Shown here: positions 1 to 8,399 of the stretch, piece after piece | How positions within the stretch are numbered: the stretch's first letter is position 1 | Layout of the letters: each line of letters begins with the position of its first letter | DNA from: a delta proteobacterium MLS_D | GTDB lineage: Bacteria; Desulfobacterota; Syntrophia; Syntrophales; UBA2210 | Assembly (NCBI GenBank): GCA_002030015.1 | Contig: LQBH01000069.1 | Location: 3,402-67,401 of the forward strand | DNA: 64,000 nucleotides | Reading direction: 5' to 3' | The notes under the pieces: model-generated | Database searches by the model: none | Told to the model about the DNA's origin: nothing | Seen by the model: the letters and a program-made list of their open reading frames with translations, nothing else | Translations under genes and position numbers: made by a program

Positions 1-296
1 CCCTGGGGGAAACGATAAATTACGCCGCCCGTATCTCGTATCTGGCTCGATTCGGCAGCATACTGGTGACAAAAAATCTGGTGAACAAGCTAAAAAATGA
101 AGACAGACGAATGTTCGTCATGGGACTTCGCAAGAGCCATCCGGAAGGCGAGGTATTTGTAGAAAATATTTTTTCCCGCGTTATAGACCTGACAGGACCG
201 GACGACCCGTTGAAAGCAAAATTCATGGATGTGGCGACAGTGCCCGTGATCGAACTGGCCGGTCAACGGGAGGAGGGACCAGCGGCGTTACGATAG
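1..296 (+). CDS. 3' end of a class III nucleotidyl (adenylate/guanylate) cyclase-like protein; N-terminus lies outside the window
   Basis: The frame is open from nt 3. The translation LGETINYAARISYLARFGSILVTKNL... fits the G-x-x-[VI]-N-x-A-A-R-[LI] signature near the end of class III cyclase catalytic domains. Stop at 294-296. Only ~97 aa are visible. Confidence 0.4.
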   Translation, partial: LGETINYAARISYLARFGSILVTKNLVNKLKNEDRRMFVMGLRKSHPEGEVFVENIFSRVIDLTGPDDPLKAKFMDVATVPVIELAGQREEGPAALR

Positions 297-317
297 CGCG
301 GCGCGGGTGCCGGCGTG

Positions 318-746
318 TTACATGTGATACAGTTCTTCCCCGATAATCCGTATCCAGTTCTCGCCGAGTATCGTGAGGGCGCGCGATACGGCGTCGACAC
401 CAAGGATAAGTACAGTCATCGCGCCCGTTCCGAGACAGGGATAAATATACTCCACGTTGATGCGGGCATTTCTGAGAGGCTTAAGGACTGCATTCAGTCC
501 CCCCGGGTGGTGGGGCACGACGCAGGCGATGACATCGGTTACATCGATGTCATACCCCGCCGATGTCATGACGTTAATCGCCCGTTCGGGGTCGTTGGCA
601 ACAAACTGCAGGCGGCCTTCCTTGCCCTGGGCCTTGAAATAAATGGCGATGATATTGATACCGTTGGCGCCCAGAAGATCACTAACCTCGGAAAGGGCCC
701 CCGGTTCATTTTTTAGAGAGTGTCCTATCTGTCGGACTGTGTTCAT
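318..746 (-). CDS. ACT domain-containing protein (tandem ACT-like small-molecule binding protein)
   Basis: 142 aa with two repeats of the ACT-like pattern (LKNEPGALSEVSDLLGANGINI... and VPHHPGGLNAVLKPLRNARINV...). Its ATG overlaps the stop of the upstream oxidoreductase gamma gene (ATGA at 743-746). Confidence 0.7.
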   Translation of the reverse strand: MNTVRQIGHSLKNEPGALSEVSDLLGANGINIIAIYFKAQGKEGRLQFVANDPERAINVMTSAGYDIDVTDVIACVVPHHPGGLNAVLKPLRNARINVEYIYPCLGTGAMTVLILGVDAVSRALTILGENWIRIIGEELYHM

Positions 747-1291
747 GGCGGTGTTCCTTTCAATACATAATCAGCTCCCCTGTCGAGTGCCTTTCTGTTG
801 AGTTTCATCACGGTTTCTGATTTGCCCTTAACGCTTTCCTGAAGCCCGTTCATGATCGATTCAAGCGAGGTGAGCCGGGTTTTCGCGACGAACGCCCCCA
901 GCATGATCATATTGGTAACCCGGTCCAATCCGAGTTTTCTGGCGATATCGTTGGCCGGTATAGGGACGTTATGCAGGTCGTCACGCACCGGTGTCCTGTC
1001 GATGACGCTGGAATTGAGAAACATAACGCCGCCCTGTTTCATCAAGTTTTCGTATCTCAGCAGCGAGGGCTTATTCATAATGACGGCATAGTCCGGCGAG
1101 GACGCCACTGGTGAAAAGATTTCTTCGTCGGAGACGACCACTGTGCAGTTGGCGGTTCCACCCCGCATCTCGGCTCCGTAGGAAGGCAGATAGGTTACTT
1201 CCAGGCCGTCGCGCATGGCGGCGACGGCGAATACGTAGCCCATCATGAGCACTCCCTGTCCTCCGAAACCGGCGAATATCGTTTTCTTCAT
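743..1291 (-). CDS. 2-oxoacid:ferredoxin oxidoreductase, gamma subunit
   Basis: The N-terminus MKKTIFAGFGGQGVLMMG is the typical GxGGQG motif of the POR/KOR/VOR gamma family. 182 aa. ATGA overlap with the beta subunit gene. Confidence 0.85.
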   Translation of the reverse strand: MKKTIFAGFGGQGVLMMGYVFAVAAMRDGLEVTYLPSYGAEMRGGTANCTVVVSDEEIFSPVASSPDYAVIMNKPSLLRYENLMKQGGVMFLNSSVIDRTPVRDDLHNVPIPANDIARKLGLDRVTNMIMLGAFVAKTRLTSLESIMNGLQESVKGKSETVMKLNRKALDRGADYVLKGTPP

Positions 1292-2055
1292 GGCGGTCCC
1301 TGCCTGTCTGCGTCGATTTCGTCTTTGATCACCTTCAGCGGGAAGGTTTTTGTTATTTCCTTTTCAATGTGGTCGCATGCTTCGACGGGTGTAAGTTTCC
1401 AGTTCGTCGGACAAGGCGAGAGTATCTCCACCAGGGAAAATCCCCTGCCGTTCATCTGGGCGGTGAAGGCCTTCATCAGTGCCTTTTTCGTTTTCAGAAT
1501 ATGTCGTACCGAATGAACGGAGGTACGTTCTATATAAACGCTTCCCCTGGCGAGGGCGATCATCTGGCTCAGGTCTATGGGAGTACCGTGCAGTGGCGCC
1601 GTTCTTCCTCCGGGCGTGGTCGTGGTTTTCTGGCCCAGCACGGTGGTGGGCGCCATCTGACCTCCTGTCATTCCGTAACAACTGTTGTTGACGAAAATAA
1701 CGGTTATGTTTTCTCCACGGTTGGCGGCGTGTATCGTTTCAGCGGTGCCGATGGCGGCTATGTCTCCGTCGCCCTGGTAGGAAAAGACGATGCGGTCGGG
1801 CAGGATTCTCTTGATGCCGGTAGCAACGGCGCACCCGCGGCCGTGTGCGGCCTCACCCATGTCAACGTCGAAATAATCGTAGGCGAGCACCGCACAGCCG
1901 GCGGGAGGAACCCCGATGGTGATCTCGCCGATGCCCAGCTCTTCGATGACCTCGGCTATGAGACGATGTATAATACTGTGACCGCAGCCGGGGCAATAAT
2001 GAAACGGCGCGTCTTTCAAGTATTTCGGCCGGTGGAAGACGGGCTTCGACATCAC
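1288..2055 (-). CDS. 2-oxoacid:ferredoxin oxidoreductase, beta (TPP-binding) subunit
   Basis: It has the CPGCGH motif near the N-terminus and the GDGD...NN TPP-binding signature (YQGDGDIAAIG...FVNNSCYGMTGGQ). 4-nt overlap with the alpha subunit gene. Confidence 0.9.
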   Translation of the reverse strand: MMSKPVFHRPKYLKDAPFHYCPGCGHSIIHRLIAEVIEELGIGEITIGVPPAGCAVLAYDYFDVDMGEAAHGRGCAVATGIKRILPDRIVFSYQGDGDIAAIGTAETIHAANRGENITVIFVNNSCYGMTGGQMAPTTVLGQKTTTTPGGRTAPLHGTPIDLSQMIALARGSVYIERTSVHSVRHILKTKKALMKAFTAQMNGRGFSLVEILSPCPTNWKLTPVEACDHIEKEITKTFPLKVIKDEIDADRQGPP

Positions 2056-3134
2056 TGTTCCTCCTCCAGATGCAGCCGGTAGTACAGCGATGTAATCACC
2101 TTGGCTATTTCATCGGGCGTCGACACAACCCCGCCCGGACGCCCGTAGAAGTGGACTTCGCTTCGATGCTTCAGCGCCAGGCGAACATCTTCCACCATCT
2201 GGCCGGTATTCATTTCAAATACCAGGAATTCCTTCACGAAGCGGCTCGCATCCTCGACGGCGCGCGCGGGAAAAGGCCAGAGAGTCAGTGGTCGAAGAAG
2301 CCCGACCTTGAGGCCGATTTCACGCACCCGCTTGATTGCCCCCTTGGCGATCCTGGCCGCCGTTCCGTAAGCCATTACCACCAGCCGCGCATCGTCGATC
2401 TGATAGGCCTCGGTAATCTGGAGCTCTTTCGTAATGTTTTCGTATTTCCTGTACAGCTTCCAGTTGTGTTCTTCCTCTTTTGCCGGATCGAGAATAAGTG
2501 ACTTTATAATCCTGCTCGGTCGGCCCCGGGCACCGTCAAGAATCCAGTTTCTATAGGGAATGTCCGCTTCGTCCATGAACTCCGGAGGCACGACCGGTTC
2601 CATCATTTGCCCCATCATGCCGTCGATTAGAAGGACGACAGGCGAACGGTAACGATCCGCGAGATCAAAAGCCCTGGCGGTAAAATCTGCCAGTTCCTGT
2701 CCCGTGGCGGGGGCGAGTACGATAGAACGATAATCCCCATGACCACCGCCCCTGGTAGCCTGGAAATAATCACCCTGCGAAGGAGCTATGTTGCCGAGTC
2801 CCGGCCCGCCCCGCATGCAGTTGACGATAACGGCCGGCAATTCCTGCGCCGCGAGAAAGGAGATGCCTTCCTGCTTCAGACTGATGCCGGGGCTCGATGA
2901 ACTTGTCATGGCACGGGCCCCCGCCATCGAGGCGCCAAGGACCATGTTGACGGCGGCGATTTCACTTTCCGCCTGAATGAAGGTCGCGTTGTCGATCGCC
3001 ATCATCGCTTCTGCCATGTACTCGGGAAGTTCGTTCTGGGGGGTAATGGGATATCCGGCGTAAAAACGGCACCCTGACCGAATAGCCGATTCGGCGATAA
3101 CGTGTGTTCCGCGCATCAGTACTTTGTCAGTCAC
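2052..3134 (-). CDS. 2-oxoacid:ferredoxin oxidoreductase, alpha subunit
   Basis: 360 aa. The N-terminal GTHVIAESAIRSGCRFYAGYPITPQNE is typical of KorA/VorA/PorA. Sits in the order delta-alpha-beta-gamma. Confidence 0.9.
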   Translation of the reverse strand: MTDKVLMRGTHVIAESAIRSGCRFYAGYPITPQNELPEYMAEAMMAIDNATFIQAESEIAAVNMVLGASMAGARAMTSSSSPGISLKQEGISFLAAQELPAVIVNCMRGGPGLGNIAPSQGDYFQATRGGGHGDYRSIVLAPATGQELADFTARAFDLADRYRSPVVLLIDGMMGQMMEPVVPPEFMDEADIPYRNWILDGARGRPSRIIKSLILDPAKEEEHNWKLYRKYENITKELQITEAYQIDDARLVVMAYGTAARIAKGAIKRVREIGLKVGLLRPLTLWPFPARAVEDASRFVKEFLVFEMNTGQMVEDVRLALKHRSEVHFYGRPGGVVSTPDEIAKVITSLYYRLHLEEEQ

Positions 3135-3384
3135 GGTACACCTCGATGGCCACGTCGGGACAGATGATGGCGCAGAAGGCGCACCCCGTGCAATGATTCA
3201 GGGTGTCGGCGTCCACCTGATCCAGGAATTCCGCCGGGTAGTAACCTTTTTCATTCAGAGTGTCTGAAAAACCTATGACCTGCTGTGGACATACCGAGAT
3301 GCACAAACCGCAAGCCTTGCAGGTGTCTCGTTCAATGAGAATATGTCCCCGGCGTGTCGATGTGCTGTTTCGGGAGCGCGCCAT
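3127..3384 (-). CDS. 2-oxoacid:ferredoxin oxidoreductase, delta subunit (2x[4Fe-4S] ferredoxin)
   Basis: 85 aa with two cysteine clusters, CKACGLCISVCP and CTGCAFCAIICP. Overlaps the alpha gene by 8 nt. First gene of the operon. Confidence 0.85.
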   Translation of the reverse strand: MARSRNSTSTRRGHILIERDTCKACGLCISVCPQQVIGFSDTLNEKGYYPAEFLDQVDADTLNHCTGCAFCAIICPDVAIEVYRD

Positions 3385-3947
3385 TCGATGTCAGCCTTCC
3401 GGTGTGCAGTTATAGCTGTATTTCAGGAGAAATCGCTACGTTGACAGTATGCTGTGCTTATGACTCATCAAAAGAATTGTCAAGCATTAAAATGGAAACC
3501 GGGTCACCAGCGTAAGACCCGAAATCCGCGATTGGTTTAGCCTGTTTGCGGTACAGACAGTTCAACACCCCGTTTATTCGGCGAGATATGTGCTGCCCGA
3601 TGCACATTCAGACCGGACCGTGAAGGTTGCCGTAATGACAGGACAAGCTGAATCACCCATGAGCGGTTCCACCACGAAAGAAGAACTTTTATTGTACGGT
3701 TCCTGCCTGCCCGGTCTATCTTTCGACGGGGCTCTACCCCTTCGGGGCACACGAGGATGACCGGGTTATTGGTTATCCCCTCCCCCTCATCCTTTCCTTC
3801 CAGGGGAGGGGACAGAGAAAAGGTGGTCCGTCGCCCAGGGCATCTCTTTTATATGCTTCGACTTTTCATGCTGCGACGTTGCCTATTGATGACTCGATAT
3901 CTTGCTTTGCAGACAATCAATCACGGATTTTGGGTGAGAAGATAGTC

Positions 3948-3976
3948 TGCATAAAATTAAATCTTTCTGCTATAAT
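3948..3976 (+). promoter_or_regulatory. Candidate sigma70-type promoter (TGCATA-N17-TATAAT) for the small membrane protein / DUF3108 genes
   Basis: A perfect TATAAT at 3971-3976 in an AT-rich stretch. A weak -35 (TGCATA, 3948-3953) sits at 17-nt spacing. The element is ~70 nt upstream of the ATG at 4045. Confidence 0.3.
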
Positions 3977-4044
3977 AACAATTTTATGTATAGGTGATTA
4001 CTGAATCACCGAAAAAGTCGGATACTACTACGAAGGAGATCGAT

Positions 4045-4320
4045 ATGGATGTCTTGTTAAACGCTCAGGTCGCGGTGCCATTAACGCAGATCGCCGCGCT
4101 CCTGGTTTTGAGTACGATTATCATTCTGTGGGGCAAATTTCGTATCGCCCTGATTGTGGTGTATTTTTTTCTTTTCTTCTGGGGATACCTGCTTACCGAT
4201 TCTATCGATTTCGTCAGGGCGATAGATGACATGAACCTGGAAACGGCGGCGGTTTATTATGGATTTGGCATTCTGATCGCCGCTTTCGTGGTTGTCGGAA
4301 TGCTGAAATCGAACGATTGA
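4045..4320 (+). CDS. Small integral membrane protein (3 predicted hydrophobic helices), function unknown
   Basis: ATG at 4045 is preceded by GAAGGAG (4033-4039). The longer GTG start at 3994 has no RBS. Hydrophobic segments: IAALLVLSTIIILWG, ALIVVYFFLFFWGYLL, AAVYYGFGILIAAFVVVGML. Confidence 0.5.
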   Translation: MDVLLNAQVAVPLTQIAALLVLSTIIILWGKFRIALIVVYFFLFFWGYLLTDSIDFVRAIDDMNLETAAVYYGFGILIAAFVVVGMLKSND

Positions 4321-4327
4321 AACAACG

Positions 4328-5158
4328 ATGATGCCTTTCAAATACACGAGGCTGATCAACAACGACGTTCACGGCGGACTGAAAAGGCCGTGGCTGATGG
4401 TGTGGTTCTGGGTTGTTCTTCCGGTCCTGTTCTGTTTTTTTTCCGGTCATTCGATAAACGCCGCGTCAGAGGGGACGTTCCCTTTTCTTCGCGGAGAAAG
4501 ATTGACCTTCCTGGTCACCTGGGGCGTTATTCCGGTGGGTGAGGGCATTCTTGAAGTACATCAGGACGTTGAAATTGACGGTGAAGAGGCCCGGCATTTC
4601 TGCATGACCGCCAGGACCAACGGGTTCGCGGATTTTTTTTACAAGGTTCGCGACCGCATGGACGGATACACCGATGTGGAGCTGACCCGTTCTCTCCGGT
4701 ATACCAAGGTAAGCGAGGGTTCAAGTAAGCGAAACGTCGTCGTAACATATGACTGGGACGAAATGCGGGCGCGTTATTTCAATCATGGAAAGGAGCATGC
4801 CTCGACGGCGCTGAAACCGCATTCGTTCGATCCGCTGTCGATGTTTTATGCTTTTCGCTGTTTCGATCTTTCCCCGGGCATGACCATGGAGATTCCCGTT
4901 TCGGACGGAAAAAAAACCATTGCCGGACGGGCCGTCGTTCAGGAACGTGAAAACATCCGCGTACAGGGGACCGATTATGATACCTATCGTGTCAGCGTGG
5001 ATATGGGAAATGTGGACGGTGTATTCAAGAAAAGCAGGGATGCCGCGCTGCTGATATGGGTTACGGTGGATGATCGGCGCATGCCCGTGCGCATGAAGAG
5101 CAGCGTTGTCGTCGGCAGCTTTACCGTCGACCTGGTCAGTGCCGAACATATGGACTGA
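4328..5158 (+). CDS. DUF3108 domain-containing exported protein
   Basis: N-terminal hydrophobic signal or anchor. GERLTFLVTWGVIPVGEGILEV..., FDPLSMFYAFR and ...LIWVTVDDRRMPVRMK match my recollection of the DUF3108 family pattern. Confidence 0.65.
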   Translation: MMPFKYTRLINNDVHGGLKRPWLMVWFWVVLPVLFCFFSGHSINAASEGTFPFLRGERLTFLVTWGVIPVGEGILEVHQDVEIDGEEARHFCMTARTNGFADFFYKVRDRMDGYTDVELTRSLRYTKVSEGSSKRNVVVTYDWDEMRARYFNHGKEHASTALKPHSFDPLSMFYAFRCFDLSPGMTMEIPVSDGKKTIAGRAVVQERENIRVQGTDYDTYRVSVDMGNVDGVFKKSRDAALLIWVTVDDRRMPVRMKSSVVVGSFTVDLVSAEHMD

Positions 5159-5349
5159 ATGTCACGGATAGCCGCTATTACAGAAAATACTTGACCTTCC
5201 CGACATCAATTGCAATAGTATTCAGCGCCGACTCTTCTGTTTTTTCTTCGCCCACCTCGCCCGTCGCGATGCTCCCTTTTCTTTACCATAACGGGCGTGA
5301 CACTGACGGTGCGGAGGTGCCCGGCAGTATGGTTGATGGAGGAAACGTC

Positions 5350-5667
5350 ATGAAAAATTCTCACACACTGCAGATTCGGTCGAAACGTGACGCCCGCCTT
5401 CTGGCACAAAGAATCAGGCAGTTGGATAAGGACTTCTACTATCATCTCCCGTTGGTGGGAGGAATGGAAGGGTGCTTCATCAACATACGCTGCGATCCTA
5501 AATCGAACATGTGCGAGATCTACACCTCCATTCCGGGAAGCAGGGACGAAAAAAGCACGCGTATCGCCGAACTGGTGGAGTATCTCTGGAAAGAACGCAA
5601 GTTTATCAATGCGGAGCTGAGACGTCCGGAATCTGAATGGTACGGACGTATCACCGTCAATCGCTGA
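5350..5667 (+). CDS. Hypothetical protein (105 aa)
   Basis: ATG at 5350 is preceded by GGAGGA at 6-nt spacing. The upstream part of the 158-aa ORF is low-complexity. No motif recognised. Confidence 0.4.
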   Translation: MKNSHTLQIRSKRDARLLAQRIRQLDKDFYYHLPLVGGMEGCFINIRCDPKSNMCEIYTSIPGSRDEKSTRIAELVEYLWKERKFINAELRRPESEWYGRITVNR

Positions 5668-6128
5668 CCTGTCGCGACACTTCCGGGTAAAAGCCAGCCT
5701 GCACGAAAGAGATCGTACCGGGCATTGGTGGTGTTTACCGCCTGTCTCAAGTAAATATTCAGGATTATCTTTCAGTTGGACGCGCGTCCCGGTGAAACGA
5801 CGAAGAGGTTTTCGCCGTGACCCGTTATATCCAAGCTGCCAATTCTATAAGGAAAAATGCCAACTATCTGTATTAATTGATTATTATCAGGTGCCTGCAA
5901 TCCATGCAAAGAGCCAGAAATTTGAGGTTTTAAGGGATTTGCGTGGTCTGTCAACATGGTTATTAACAGGGTTGTTCACACTGTTGTGGATGACCGGCGA
6001 CGGTGTGTACGTGCATGAAAGAAATTCCATGCGGTTACAGGTGTAATCGCGTGATCACACCTGGATCCGCTCACAAACAAAGGGTTTCGCCACGTTGATT
6101 TTCGGTTCAACAGATTGCGCGGCCCTGT

Positions 6129-7835
6129 TCAGAGAATCAGATTGAGAATGCCTCCCACTACAATCGACGAGGTCAGCATGACGGTGAGAGACTTGAAAAA
6201 ATCAACCATTCCGAGCTCACGGTAGAGAACGACAAACGCCGCGATGCAGGGGAAGAACATGGTCAAAACCACCGACCCGATGACCATCTGTTTTGCCGTC
6301 ATCACCGTCGCGCCCAGCATGCCCAGTGCGGCGTCTTTTCGCAACATTCCTATCACGATCGCTGTTACGGAATCTTCGGGCAGCCCCAGTATTCCGGTGA
6401 CCACGGGCGCGGCAAAACGCGCCGCGGCATCGAAGACCCCGACAAAAAAGAGCATGTTGACCACGATTATGGCCAGCAGGATGATAGGCACCGCTTCACG
6501 AAGAAATCCCTGCACGCGCATGTTCAGTTTCTGAAGGACGGTCCGTACGGGAGGAAGGCGGTACGGAGGAATCTCGATAAGAAGCTCGGGACTCAATCCC
6601 TTCATTATTCGGTTGAGTATGAGGCCGATGATCACCCACACGACCAGAAGCGTGCCGTAGACCATAAGGACATACTCGGTCCCGAATGCTCCTACCAGGC
6701 CGAAAATCATTGCCTGCGCCGATGCGCAGGGGACGGCGATGGCTACCAGCGTGGCGGCTATGAATCGTTCACGGCGGCTTTCAAGAACACGGGTTGCCAG
6801 AATGGCGGGCACATTGCAGCCGAGGCCCAGCAGGGTCGGAATAATCGCGAAACCGTGAAGGCCGAAACGATGCATGGTGGTATCGAGCAATATGGCCAGC
6901 CGGGGGAGATATCCCACGTCCTCCAGGATGCCAAGTACCAGGTAAAAGGCGATAATATAGGGCAGGACCATGGCAAAGGGGACATAGAGACCACTGCTGA
7001 GGACGCCGAACGACTCGGTAAAGCTGATGCCACCGTCCATGAGTTTGCCCACGATAATATTGTGAAGAAAGCCTTCACCGCCCAGGAAAGAACTGAGCCC
7101 GGTCAAAACCGGCATCCAGAGTGTCTCGAAGAGGGGATTGAAAACATAACCGATAAGAGATTCCCCAATAAAACGAATGACAATGAACGACAGGGCAAGG
7201 ATGGCGGCGGCGATGATTATGCCGGAAAAAGGCCTGACGCTCGCGTCTTCAAGCCGTTCAAACCACCGATGGTGCCGATGTGAAAGCCGCTGGACCGAGC
7301 TGACGATGTTGCCCACTGAAACCCAGCGCGTGTCACGATCCAGGGGAGGGAATAGGGGGGAACGTGCCTCGGGCATTCGGTCGACGAGTTCCTTTATGCC
7401 CTGTCCGGTCATGCCTGACGTGGGCACCACGGGGACGTGAAGCAGTTCCTGAAGCTTGTCGACCTGAATATCGATACCCTGATGGGTTGTATCATCCCAG
7501 AGGTTCAGTGCGACGATAACGGGAATGTCCCGTTCAAGAAGCTGCAGCGTGAGGTACAGGTTCCGCTCGAGATTCGTGGCGTCTACCACGTTGATAACCA
7601 GGTCTCCCGTTCCCAGCATTTTGAGAGCGATTTCTTCCGCCTCACTGGTGGGGTCCAGTGTATAAGTACCCGGAACATCAACAATCTGGGCGATTTTATC
7701 GCCGAGCTTCATGTTTCCCATTGAATATTCAACCGTGGTCCCGGAATAATTCGCCGAAACAACACGAACGCCGGTCAGGCGTGAAAAAACAACGCTTTTA
7801 CCCACGTTCGGGTTGCCCATCAGGAGAATGCGCAT
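6129..7835 (-). CDS. feoB: Ferrous iron transporter FeoB (G-domain plus permease)
   Basis: MRILLMGNPNVGKSVVFSRLTG (G1), DVPGTY (G3) and NLWD (G4-like), followed by a polytopic membrane domain. ATG at 7835 lies 2 nt after the feoA stop. The 67-aa upstream extension in the ORF track overlaps feoA and is rejected. Confidence 0.9.
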   Translation of the reverse strand: MRILLMGNPNVGKSVVFSRLTGVRVVSANYSGTTVEYSMGNMKLGDKIAQIVDVPGTYTLDPTSEAEEIALKMLGTGDLVINVVDATNLERNLYLTLQLLERDIPVIVALNLWDDTTHQGIDIQVDKLQELLHVPVVPTSGMTGQGIKELVDRMPEARSPLFPPLDRDTRWVSVGNIVSSVQRLSHRHHRWFERLEDASVRPFSGIIIAAAILALSFIVIRFIGESLIGYVFNPLFETLWMPVLTGLSSFLGGEGFLHNIIVGKLMDGGISFTESFGVLSSGLYVPFAMVLPYIIAFYLVLGILEDVGYLPRLAILLDTTMHRFGLHGFAIIPTLLGLGCNVPAILATRVLESRRERFIAATLVAIAVPCASAQAMIFGLVGAFGTEYVLMVYGTLLVVWVIIGLILNRIMKGLSPELLIEIPPYRLPPVRTVLQKLNMRVQGFLREAVPIILLAIIVVNMLFFVGVFDAAARFAAPVVTGILGLPEDSVTAIVIGMLRKDAALGMLGATVMTAKQMVIGSVVLTMFFPCIAAFVVLYRELGMVDFFKSLTVMLTSSIVVGGILNLIL

Positions 7836-7837
7836 TA

Positions 7838-8074
7838 TCAATGATCCTCTGAAGTTACAATGATTTTGCCTGCCATTCCGCGTCCGATGGCGACCTGCGC
7901 CCTGTCCACGAGAATGGTAACCGGCCCGTTGGAAAAGAGAGAACTTACCTTGGTAATTTTCTTCCCCGGACGAATTCCCAGAGCGTACAGGCGGTTTACG
8001 AGCCCCTGTCCACCCCGGATCTCCGACACGGTACATGTTTCATGGGGAGTGAGCTGGCTGAGAGTGAGTTTCAC
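7838..8074 (-). CDS. feoA: FeoA family iron transport protein
   Basis: 78 aa. LSQLTPHETCTVSEIRGG...LGIRPGKKI... is the SH3-like FeoA pattern. Immediately upstream of feoB. Confidence 0.85.
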   Translation of the reverse strand: MKLTLSQLTPHETCTVSEIRGGQGLVNRLYALGIRPGKKITKVSSLFSNGPVTILVDRAQVAIGRGMAGKIIVTSEDH

Positions 8075-8093
8075 GTGATCCCGTCATCCTTCC

Positions 8094-8177
8094 GATAAAA
8101 TATTTATAGTAGCTTCACAATGTTAGATTTATCTATTGCATGAAAAACGAAATGTCAAGGGGGTTGATAAAATATTT
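8094..8177. promoter_or_regulatory. feoAB promoter region with two copies of GATAAAATATTT (Fur-box-like)
   Basis: A 12-nt direct repeat lies at 8094-8105 and 8166-8177. It brackets a minus-strand TTGACA (8153-8158 on the plus strand as TGTCAA). The repeat is AT-rich and made of GATAAT-like hexamers upstream of an iron-uptake operon. Confidence 0.25.
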
Positions 8178-8399
8178 TTTTACGCTTTTTATCTTCCTTG
8201 TCGGCGTGCGGGGAAAGCCTCCTTTTTCAATAGACCTTGACAACTTCGTGCCGCTGCCGGTATGAACCGCTGGCAAAGAATCTTCTTCATCGGGCGGCCC
8301 CGGGAGGTAAAAGTATCAACAGTTCCGCCGTTTCGGGGGCGTTCGATGTCCTCGCGAGCTGTTTTTTCGAGCTTGATCACCGGGAGGAGTATTGTGAAA

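Noticed and set aside
3480-3660. Superficial resemblance to a cobalamin riboswitch (GGAAACCGGGT...GAAATCCGCG...GCGGTACAG) and to the SRP RNA apical region (CAGACCGGACCGTGAAGGTTGCC).
   Set aside because: The B12 box, the conserved GCCACTG-type core and the SRP GGAA-tetraloop/AGCA symmetric-loop signature are not present. Flanking helices cannot be drawn convincingly. The neighbouring genes are not typical targets.
3537-3945. ORFs 3537-3752 (minus, 71 aa) and 3757-3945 (plus, 62 aa) in the large intergenic gap.
   Set aside because: They have no RBS, an Arg/Ser/Leu-rich composition unlike neighbouring proteins, and no motif. They are treated as non-coding and discussed as a possible RNA or regulatory region instead.
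5191-5349. The upstream 53 codons of the 158-aa ORF at 5191-5667.
   Set aside because: This part is a low-complexity Ser/Pro/Val-rich stretch starting from TTG without an RBS. A strong GGAGGA-N6-ATG at 5350 gives a more plausible 105-aa protein.
7836-8036. A 67-aa N-terminal extension of FeoB in the ORF track (start at 8036).
   Set aside because: The extension overlaps feoA in another frame and is Arg/Gly-rich. The canonical FeoB N-terminus MRILLMGNPNVGKS begins at the ATG at 7835, 2 nt after the feoA stop.
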